A stretch of DNA of 64,000 nt, taken from Tubiluchus corallicola (Eukaryota > Animalia > Priapulida). Under the pieces are notes generated by a model, which made no database searches, was not told the origin of the DNA, and saw nothing but the letters and a program-made list of their open reading frames with translations. Numbering within the stretch: the stretch's first letter is position 1; each line of letters starts with the position of its first letter. Location: NCBI GenBank assembly GCA_030141605.1, contig JAQGDQ010000832.1, positions 1 through 64,000 on the forward strand, in the 5' to 3' direction. Shown here piece by piece: positions 24,160 through 36,100 of the stretch. The translations under genes were made by a program, and so were the position numbers.

Positions 24160-27125
24160 TGGATATTACTGAATCCTTGTGTGAGTTCTGGAGTTTTCCT
24201 GTACACCAGGTGGGCAATCATAGCATCAGTGGTGTTTTAAATTGCTGCGTGGACATAAACAAGAAAGAAGAGAGGATTGCAGGTTTTAGGTGATTTCTAT
24301 GAAAAAGTGGTGTTTAGAGTTCAGATATTTAGTAGTTAGACAAGCTAGTAATCACTAGACATAAACAACAATCATTTAATGAAGTATTAAAACCCATGCA
24401 GTGTTGAAATTTTACTGTTCAGTCTCTACTGCTGTGAATTAGATTTCAAGAGTTTGGTAAAATTTGCAGTTGGTATTCATTAGTGATCCAATAGGCTTAA
24501 AATTTGCTCTTTTTATTTAAAGTACATTTGCTTGTCCTAGCACAAGAACATTAGTTGTTATTGTTAAAGTTAACAGTAGTTTATACTATGTTTTTATCTC
24601 GTTATTGGTTGTGAGTTATAGTTATAGCTAAATGCATTAATCTGGTTGTACAATTACACATGTATAAGATGATACATACAATAAAGAAGTGCTACTACCA
24701 CTAGTAAAAGATAACTAGTAATGTTGTAATTAGGCATATGTATCTTTTTGTTTGATAAAGTTATGACTGTTGTCTCTGCCGACATTCTAGTTTTGCTTCC
24801 GTATTGACACTTGCAGTGAAACTGCTTGTTGTTGAACATGACTTTCCCAAGAAGTGGTCAAAGCAAACTGGTTTAGAAAAGACAAAGCACTATGGTTGTG
24901 TTTTTCTCCAAAACTTAACGCCTTCTATTGCAAGCTGCACTGACTACGTCTTTGTAATTGAAAGGAAATGGCAGGAGGCCTCTGGGTTCTCTTGTGCAAT
25001 GTCCAGAATTTATAATTATGCTACTAGGTTTATCATATGTAAGGAAGTTGGTCGTCTTTGTTTTTTTTATGCATTGTGTGTGCATCTTAAATATTTTCAT
25101 TCCGAAATTAAAAACTCGTGTTGTAATATGTACATTACTTATCATATTTGCATTCTATTTGTACTATTTTTATAAATAGATGAGTTATTAGGCCTAAATG
25201 TTAATACTATTCTTTTAGCAGCTTGCCGCAACGGTCATTGGGGGTTTTTCTTTCCTTACTGCAGTTTTTATTTCTATTCAGCTTCTCTCACATAAATTTT
25301 CAAATTTTTATGTAATACTTCTTGAACAACAAAATATTAACAAATGTACTTGCCATATGTTTAAAAACCAAAATGTTAGCTAATGTATCTAAGCAAATCT
25401 AACGTAGATAAATTGGGATACTACATAAATCATGCATTTTGTGAGAATAATAGGGAATTGAATGTTGTTGTTTGCCAAACAGTAAATGTGAAACAATAAC
25501 CAAAGCTAAAATATGCCTAGACTAAATATGCTTTTAGATTTTTAAGCAGAATAATAGATTATTTTGTTACACTAGAATTAGATTCCATCTTTCAAACTTC
25601 CATGTATCTTTTTTACTGACATTATGTATTTGTTATCATGTATGGAGACGATCTCATGTCATTATGATTATGACAACACGTTTGCATTCAGTTCTTAACT
25701 TACTGAATACTGTTTTCTTTACAAATACTAGATACTGCATAATAATTGTATTTTAGGTTGCCAATTTTAATTAAATACCAAAAATTTTAACATTTATTCT
25801 GTGCATTTATATTTATACATATAGGAAGTTTTTAGTAGTTATTTTTATTTTGTGTTTTATTTATTTTCATAGTGCAGAATGAAGCCTTGTGTTTGTACTG
25901 TCAAGTGCATTGAGCTTGTGTTTTTTGCATACCTAAACTTAAATTTTTAGGTATATAATTAACTTGTAAATTGTAACACATTGACTTCATCTAGTGATTA
26001 AAGTTGCTTTAATATTTAATTCATATTATCGTGCGTACAGTTATTTATGGAAAGTTATTCTGGCTTGTTAGAAAATACGATTTAAATTATCTTAAACTGT
26101 TTTGGTATTTTACATGTAATATGAGCTCATGTGCAGAATGATAAATAGTCATCATATTCAAAGAATTATCGAAACTATAGCAACTCGTAGAACTAAATAA
26201 ATGTGTTAGTAGTATATTCATGTAGAAATTTAAATTAGTTGCTTATTTATTGTTCCAGAAATTAGATTTATAAGATTACACCGAGCACTATAACAAAAAA
26301 TTTTATTGCTGGTATAAAATGACATTGCTTATGTATTTGCTGTTTCTTAAAAACATTAATTAATCGTGCAAGTAATTGTCAGGATTTAAACTATGGCTAT
26401 TGCAGTGTATTATTAATTTTTAATTTCAGTATTTTGACACTTATGAAGTAATTTAACAAGGAAATTGACAAGAATAATGATTCCTGCAGCTTTATACATC
26501 TTTAAACTTACTGCTTTTGATGTCACACCTACAAAATTCTTGACTTCAGGTCATTTTAAAACTAAAAGCAAAATAAAAATAAACTATACTATAGCATAGT
26601 GAAAAACAAAATTAGCAAAGGTGATTTGAAAGCTTGTAAAATATAAATGGCACAGATTTTATACTATTCTGTTAAAATATAGCTAGAGGGTTAAAAGTAA
26701 GAAACAAAGACGATTAAATTTCACTCGCTATGACTGCAGTCTGATTTACTGGATATTTCTAGCAAGTATTAAAACCACCACTGGGAATAACTGCGTGTGG
26801 CATGCAAAACAACTCGCATAAGTAATAGCAAAAAGTGTAACTTTGATGCACCATTGATAGATTCCCCGATACATAATGTATTTTGTGTAAGAACAGTGCA
26901 CAAATATTGACAACCAGAAATTCATGGTACTGCCACATTTACGTACTCGGAAGAACAGTTCTGTGTTTCAAGTATGACAAACAGCAATAACGTGTATTGC
27001 AGTAATAAATGAGGAAAATGTTTTAAGGAAGCATATTTAAATAATTTTCAATGTTAACTATGAAACACTGGCTTTTACCAAAGGCGGTATAACGAAGCAG
27101 GAGCTGATATGCTGAAATCGTGTGG

Positions 27126-27190
27126 TCAGCTGATTTCATGACCACGTGGTCGTATTTATCAACAATGTGACGTACTGCAGAACACGTGAC
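27126..27190 (+). promoter_or_regulatory. Putative WDFY proximal promoter: two CACGTG E-boxes, CAGCTG and a TGACGT half-CRE
   Basis: tcagctga at 27126-27133, palindrome gaccacgtggtc at 27140-27151, tgacgt at 27168-27173 and cacgtgac at 27183-27190, all within 75 bp of the ATG. Confidence 0.5.
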
Positions 27191-27198
27191 ATGTAATC

Positions 27199-30100
27199 AT
27201 GGCTGCTGAAATACAAAGCGAATTTGATGTTGCTTCGATGCAAAAGCCAGAGCTGTTAAATAAATTAGAAGGATGTGGTGGCACGATCAACATGGTTTTG
27301 ATGATACCTCGTGAAGAAGGCGTAATAACTATTGGCACAGACAGGTGATACGATATTTTAAGTGCCGTATATAGGTGTTTCTTTACTCAAGCTAGGTTTG
27401 GTCGTGAACGTCTGCGGACTAGTGTTCAAAAAGACTTCACCTATGAATAGATCTAATAATAAATATTATGTAAAGTACAAAGAGTGTCAACGCCCGTTTT
27501 TGATGTTTTTGAAATAGCTAGGCTTCCATATCTACCATGGAACTTATCTTTCACTTAATCACATCAGAATATAATCATGGTCACATCTCATGATCTGCCA
27601 ACTCTCAAGCATTGAGTGTGTATCACAGGCATTTTAAGTTTTTCACATACTATCATATTTCAGCTCTTGTGCATTTCACAACTTCATACGCAAGTTTGAA
27701 AAATCATCTAGTTTCCTTTACCATCGGCACCAGTCGAGACAGTAACACTTCTGTGACTACTCTCAATAATACAATCCCGTTCACGCATCTCAAGGCTTAT
27801 GTATTATACTAAAGGGTATTAAAATTGAAAATTAAGCATTTGAATATTTTTGACTATTTTCTTCAATTTTCTTTGAAATATACAAAATAACATATAATAT
27901 ATATATGATGCATAGTGAATTGTAACATAGTTTAAGATAGGGTTGCCAGATTAGAAGATTAAAAATGCGGGACACTCTTAAAATATCTCTCTGTTTTTTA
28001 CACATATAAATTTATACGTGCCTACACACCCAGACCAATATATTATTATTTAATAATCAATTATTATTATTTAATACAGGCAATATAAATAACAAAAAGA
28101 AATTCTGAGAAAGCGAAGTCATTGCAAAATATATTTTTATTACGAAATTTGAAAATGAACTAAATACAGGACATTTGGGTGTCCCTGAAAGGTCAGTACA
28201 GGACAGGGGACAAAATTATCAGATATGGGTCATATTCCACAAATATAATGGATGGCTGGCAACCATAGTTTAAGAAAGCTCAGCAGTAGCCAAAAATTAA
28301 CCTAATTTTCTTTAATTTGTGTGTGTTACTTTTTGATATTTTGATTTTGACACTCAAAAATTTCTGGGACATTAACTATTCCCTTGGGCACCGCCACATC
28401 CGAGATCATCCCCGATTTTCAACATTTCACACTCTTTTTGCATCAAATGGTTGACAGGTCTGCTTGGTGTTTAGTTGTATGTTAACCAGTTTCATTCCTT
28501 TCCACATCCATAAAATGCGGGTGAGTGCCTATGAACTGTCTCTATGCCCCAATGTCTGTATGAGAAGCTAAAAGGTAAATATATTTGAACAATGTATCAT
28601 GTAGATGATTTTTTCTGTTTTATTACATATCAGACATTGTTTAAATTATATTATGTGTATTTTTAGGACTCTTCGTGTATGGTTAAAAAGAGACAGTGGG
28701 CAGTACTGGCCAAGCATCTACCAGTCATTTGCAGGTGTATATTTATTTTTGCAATTTCAAAAATACTGCCTTGCTTTTAATATAAGTTAGATTTCATAGA
28801 TTTCAATTCAGTGAGTGGGATAGAGGTTTAAGTTTCGTAAATTTGAGCCTACCAAGAGCATTTTAGCAGTATGTAATTGTTTATGTTTCAGCTGTTCCAA
28901 CAGCTATAAATTATAGCATGGAAACACGACGTCTGTTTGTGGGTTTTGAAAATGGTGGTATATCGGTAGGTAACAATTTATGTCGATTTGTTATTAACAC
29001 TCACTTTGTCTAACAGAGGTGATATGAGCACTTGCATAGAATTGTTTTGATATCCTGAATAGAAATGAACTGATTGCTATACTAACTTTTCTTACTATCA
29101 CCTATTTGTATATAGTCACGTCTTGTTAAGTAATCTTGCGTATTAATGTATTTTTACCTTTTGATATGTGTGTGGTATGTGTGTGTGTGTGTGTGCGTGC
29201 GTGCGCGTGTGTATGTATACATATATATAGTAAGCGCCGCTTAATAGACTCACTTTGGGACCGAAGTGTTTTGACCCAATTAACCGATTGAACCTATTAA
29301 CCGATGGGTGTAGCATTACTGGTATAATAAGTATGAGACATCAGCTTAGCATGCACTTGCAAAGATTTTTAATGAATTTTAGAAACAGAGTAATGCCTAA
29401 ATTCCATTGAGCAGTTTAAAGTTTAAAAAAATATATTTTAAAATATTGATTTAGATAAGTGATAGGCTTATCTCTTGTAACGTAGTGGGACTTGAATCGC
29501 AAGTGAATCGGGCATGACTAAAACAGTTCTGAATCATCTGTTCACTGACATTGCTCCAGTAAATGCAGTGTGTTGAGGAGGCTGTATTTTTAGCCGGGTC
29601 ATTTGTGCTTAATTGATTAGCAGCAGCATCCAAATCCATTGCTTTTAACACGTTCACCCGCATTTCTCTTCTGTAGTATGCCCATCAGTGTTCGAATAAT
29701 GCGTTGATCACAGAGCTGATCATCTGAGCATACAAAGATTATGACATACATTTTCTAGAAGATGGAAGATACATTATGGCTTACAAAATATGGATTATGG
29801 CTTGTTCCTTAACGCCTTGCTGCTTTGCATTGATCAGTGCTTGCTGCGTTTGCACTAAAATTAAATAGAAAGTAACAAATATAAGTATTTATTAAATGTA
29901 ATTGCATTATTTTCAGGAATATATTCTGGGTGACGACTATAATAAAATGACACCACAAAGAGATTATTCAGGTATGAAAAGTCCTACAACATTATTACCT
30001 TAAACTTTTTAAATACATTGTAATGTTTTTTATTTACTTTTGTTATTGAATATGATATTTCAGCTTGTTCAACATTTGCCTATTTTCAGCACACCAAAAT

Positions 30101-33100
30101 TATGTCACATCTATACACTTTGCATTGTCTTGTGAGTGGTTACTGAGTGGCGGTCGTGATAAGAGATTTACGTGGCATTGTTCTGAAACAAGTCGGCGCA
30201 TGGGAGAATATCACCTGAATGCCTGGTGTACTGCATTAGAGTATCCTTTGCTATAACAAATTTGTGAGACGCTTGGTGCATTTATTTACAACTAACAATA
30301 TATTTCTAAGGGTATTGGGTAGTAGTGCTAGAGTAGTGCCACCACTTTGAACCTGAATAGCACAAAACTGTAATTTCACTATTTTTTGAAGTAGTCACTA
30401 AGAGCTACATTCTATGCTTATGGTGACAGTTACCATTCTCTTTTACGCAGTAGATAAAACGATGTCACCATATATAGTGAGTTTCCTATAATTAAATTTT
30501 ACATGGTATCAGTATCAGTACTTATAAAAGTAAAATGATTTTTCTCCTGATGCACATTGTTAAACTTTAGACTAATAATTTTATTGGTAAGCTTACTTTC
30601 ACTCATAGTCAATGCTGTCAGTTTTGCTTACAATTACATAATTTTTACCAGTAGTTGTTCAACCGGTTATCAAGAAAGCACTTCGCTGCATAAGCAATAT
30701 GCCTAGGTGGACTCACCGCATTATTAACAGAGCCTTACTGTTACTGACTTAACGAGTTACTGCATTAAAATAACACTAAACATTGACTCTTACCATTAAA
30801 AGAAATTAAGCCATACATTTATGCCAATCTTTAAATGCATATTATGTTTGGAATAGTGTCTGGCAAATGCAATTTCCCAAACAAGGTTATGAAGCTCTAC
30901 TTGCAAAAATTTAACTCACACTGTTTCTGGTTTAAAGTACTTTAAAGCAAAAGGGAAAAACTGTTGGCACTTTTAGGCAGCCATTCAAAGTAAAACTGAT
31001 TTTTGACTGCTGCCATTATCACAACTTTGTTTCATAGTTGTTTGTTGACTAATGAATACTTGTTTTTGAGAACCCGTAAATGAAAAGTTAATGACTTAGA
31101 ATGGTAATCACAAAAGGAAATGAAAAGACAGATAAACCTACCGAAATTGCAGCTGTGCATCAGTGAGACAGTGTTTTCAAGCATGTGGAATTTACTAGAA
31201 AATCTAGTAAAGCTAATTTTGGGCAGTGTAGCTACTGTACTTACAATTACAGACTGCTAGTCATGTAATAACAAAAACTACATCAGTTTAGCATGTCACC
31301 AAATTAATGAAAATACTGTGGAGAGAAAGTGTGCTGTTTGGCATATAAACAATTACAAGGCAGGCAAGGAAAAGCAATAGAGATGGTTCATACTGATTTC
31401 TGGATACAAAACAGCGTCACAAACAACAGCAGGCAATGTATCAAACTTTGTTAAAGCTTTTAAACTTTTTTCCTATCCAGGCTCATTACCAATTAATGTT
31501 ATCGACACATCTGCAACTTTAAACTGTGATAAAACAAATGATGATGAACAAGTAAATGACACTGTTTATGAATCTGCGGCAGATATTTTAATTGAGCATA
31601 CTGCTTATGTAATATGTAGGAGAAACTTCATCAACTAACGAGACCGACACAAAACCGGTATTCTGCCTGCCTCTTCACCAGCGTTGTGCAGCTTACACAT
31701 TGAACTTAGTAGCAACAATTGATGTGAAAATGGCAAAGAACGGTAGAATGGCAGGTATTGAAAGACAATTCCTAATGTCATAAAATACAATGAAGTAAAG
31801 CTGGCAGCAGCCTTTCTATCGTTCAAGCTATTCTGATTGTTAGAAAATGAAACAAGAAGCTCTAGAGGAAAAAATTATTTCAGAAGTGGTAGAAAAGCAA
31901 AAGCTACTTCCTGAAAAAAACTAGATCTAATGGGCAGACTTCATCTGAAGTGGTTTCTAATTGTGATTGTAAAGGCAAGAATGAGTTTCATTAAGATTTT
32001 TACAACATTTTCTGGTGATGTCTCCAATGATGACAGTGCTCAAAACATCATAGATTCATATTTGGAAGTGCCTTCTTCAAGACGAGAGTTACTTCTCGAA
32101 AAGGAATGCAACCTGTTAAAACTCTGTTCATAAAATAGTACGCCTGTTCCTTACAGCACAACTTGCAACAGGGTTTTTTCTGTTGCTAAACAGATATTCA
32201 CCTATCAGTGATAACAACACTAATGAACAAGCTAATTGCACTTGACTCTTCACTTGATGATTTTATTATTGCGATCAATAAGCAGTAGCGTCTACTTAGT
32301 TTCAGACCTAAAGCTTATAGTGTCCTATAGTGTACCAAGCATAAATGACTAGATAAAAATAATAAATAAAAGAGCTGCACCATGCCCTTAAATCGAAGTT
32401 TTATAAAAATCACTTTAATTGCACGAAAAGTTTTTCCATGTGATAATAATTTACTAGCGTCATTTGAAAATTTTATTATCCCTGTTAAAAGGCACTTTTA
32501 ACGTGCCACCTACATTTCGCAGTGTGCTGGCACTGCTTTCATAAATTAAGTGTTTTAAAAGCAGTGTTTTAAAAAAAAGTCATTGTAGTTCACTGCTTTT
32601 CAGAAGAGCAATTGATACTACATTTTAAATGTCATTAACCCCACACTGTTTATAAGCATTACATCGCTTATGTTACATCCACTAATGTTTAAACAATAAC
32701 ATTTACACAACCTATTTATCTACTTATTGCTAATCGAGATTTTATGTGCATTGCACTAAACCTTAACATATGGTTAGGTTCGATTTGCAGACGAAGCATG
32801 TTTTCATTGGTGACCTTTCTGGACAAATTACGGTGCTCAAGGTCGAACACCAGACTACAACCTACATTACTACCCTCAAAGGCCATTCTGGTACAGTTGT
32901 AGTATACACAAGTTTTTTTTTCACAAGTAGAGATCTGTTTTAGTTCAAAGAAATATTATTATGTCAGTATTAGTATGAAAAAAGTAAATGTAGCATAAAC
33001 TTTATTTGAAAAAAAGTGCTAACAACTAGATCATGGTTTCAGAGATAAACAAATATAAGATACTTCATAGTGAAAAGTAAACTAAAACTATATATATGTC

Positions 33101-36100
33101 GTTGCGAAAAGTTATTGAGTTTGAAAGAGTGAAAACCAAAAAAGTGATTAAAAGGGCCATACAGTGACTTCTGCTATTGCTATGGTCTATACATTATTTT
33201 CGGTGGTATGTACATATATATATATATCACATTTGTTTGCAGCGATCTGTAAATGAAATGAAAGGTCTCAATCCAGTGTGGTCTCATTGTTTTTTTTTTC
33301 GAATCTGGCTCGTCGCGACAAACGGGGCGAAAAACCTCCAAAAGTGGCCATTTTTCGGCCGTTTTTTGCAAAACTTATACCTCTTATTTCTAGAGAATGG
33401 GAAGGTGCCAGAGGCGGTGTCAGTAATAATTAGATAGTCCGTTCAGCAGTGGGTGTAGTAGGGGTATTTAGGGTATATAGGGGGTATTTAGAATTCACAA
33501 GCTTTGCATTATAAATGAGGACTATGTAGGATGTTCGCATATTTTTGATTATAAGTGTATTTATACGCAGAATTTTTTGCAGGGCTTTTGCTTCGTATAT
33601 ATTAAATTCAACAAAATTTAATCACCAAACATATTGTCACACACTATTTTGTTAAAAAAAATTCAAGTAATTGGTGACTTTTATAATACCTGTTTGTAAT
33701 GAATTGTTATTATCATACTTTAGGTAGTATAAGGTGTTTAGCATGGGATGCCGACAGAAAATTATTGTTTTCCGGCAGCTTTGACCAATCCATAATTGTT
33801 TGGGATATTGGTGGTCAAAAAGGTACTGCGTACGAGTTACAAGGACATCAGTAAGTGCCTTCAAATTGTTTTATAATCATTAACAGGTATTTATCTAGGT
33901 ATAATAGGCTTATGGATTGTGGTAACACTTGTTTAACACCTGTAATCTGCCAAGATTAATTCCTAAGCAGTATATGAGAACAGGAGTGATGCTAAGGTAA
34001 CTGTGCATTTTTAATGCGAAAGATTCCTTCTCCAGAGATGAAAAAGATAAGATAACAGTCCATATTTGCGATTGTTGCCAATCAAAATCAGAGCTAGGCA
34101 AAGAAAAGGGTTACCTAAAGTGGTTTCAGAAAAATTGCCTTAAAAAATTATGCTACTTCACAACAATTTTATGCAGATATTGTACTCCAAGTTGAAAGGA
34201 ATTTTTGCTTGTTTTTATTTTAGATCTCCCACAATACTATTCCGAAGGCGCCTTTACATAACGTCACCTACGCAAACGTAAATCAGAGGAAGAAATGGCA
34301 ATATTGAATTATGTCCCAAAAACTTTCTGTGCAAATCTATATTATTTAGCATTTTGCTTATCTGCTGGAAATACTTATGTAACTAGAAATAATAATTTAA
34401 AATGTTTGTGCCAATTGGTAAAATGTCACTCACTCACTTCCAGGGTGCGCCACTCACTAACCAAAAATGTATTTTTAAACTTATTGACATACTGTAACAG
34501 TATTAAGTACAGTAATTTATCATTTTACTTAGTTAGTGACATGTGTGCTACGAATGCTCTGATTATTTTTTAAACTTCACGCAGTGTTACCTAAACTTAA
34601 TTGAAATGGCCTACCATTAAAATGGCTGCACCTAACTGTCATCACGGGAGTTTAAATTTACATGTTTTATACAGCATTATGGCCAATGCAAGTCCTGCAT
34701 GAAACAAGGCAGTACGTAAGTGGTATCAAATTTCAAGATCAATTTTTAAGCTTTATGTAAATGGAGGGTTTTCTTGTGCTTTAACGTTGACTGAGGATGT
34801 CATGTATCTAATTTTAACATTGGAAATACATGGCATCATTATTCAATATTAACAATATTATCCCACCTTTTTAACTCTGGAAAAAATGCTGGTATTAAAA
34901 AGGCACTTCTTTTGAAAGCACTCTTGTTCTCCAACATGTGGTTTCTATTGAGCTATTCCTTAGTAAGTAGGATGTGAATCAGAACTAATATTGAATTGGC
35001 AAGAAATATAATTGGCCAAAAAGTACTATTTTACATCATTTTGCTTTATTATTTGTTGTTAAATAGTGTACATGTTCTTTCAGTCAAAAAGTCACAGGCC
35101 TTTGTTATTCACCTGCCTCTCAAGTATTGTTTTCCTGTGCCGAAGACTGCATGTTAGTTGCTTGGGACATGTCAACAGACAGGTGTGAGGTATGTTAATT
35201 AATTTTTGTTTATTTCCTAACATATTGTGGATTGTGTCCAATCCAATCATTCAATACTTCTTCCCATAAGAAGAATTCACAGCCTTTACTTTTCATACAT
35301 TTTCTATTCATCTGTTGGTGAATTACATAGTAAAGAACTTTTTTTAGTATTCAACTTATTTGCATCTGTAAATGTTTGTAATAATTAGTATAATCATAGA
35401 GATACCACGGTATCTTAAAATGCCAAATTGCATCTATCACAAATAGATAACAAAAATCTTGTACTTATTATGATTTTTTCATCATGTCACATGTATTACT
35501 ATTATATTAGCACAAACGTTTTTGCCTGTTTTGAGCCTCTGTCCTATAACAAATGTATCAGATTGGCTCATAAACATATATCAGCAGTTAATTTTGTAAC
35601 AATGCTGTATATGTATGTGGTGCTATATTACAGACACCGGAGTGGTTAGACAGCGATGTATGCGAACGATGTTCTGAGCCTTTTTTCTGGAATGTCAAAG
35701 AAATGTGGGAAAAGAAAACCATTGGTGTCAGACAGGTACAGCATTTGCGAAAAGTTGAAATTTATTCATGTTTTTGTATACAGTTTGGCACTGCAAGGCT
35801 GGGTCCAGTACACAGTACTCAGTTGTAGATAGTTGTGGTAGGACAGTCTATAAGTAACCGACAGTAGTGAATTATCCACATTTATATTGCAGAAGAGCCT
35901 TCCTTCTACAAGGTGAATAGCTGTGATGTATTTGAGATGAAACTCCTAAAACATTTTTCCCTATTCATGTACTAAACAGGTCAAAGTTGCTTAACTTTAG
36001 CTGCTAAACACACAATGTTAGCTATTTCTTTGGCATTGCAGACGAATAGCTGGTACTCATTATGCTGTTGGTGGCATAAGGAAATCAGCTTTGTCCTGCT

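Noticed and set aside
24654-25179. Overlapping ORFs of 61-123 aa after PINCH
   Set aside because: No recognisable motifs, and the composition is typical of AT-rich 3' UTR sequence.
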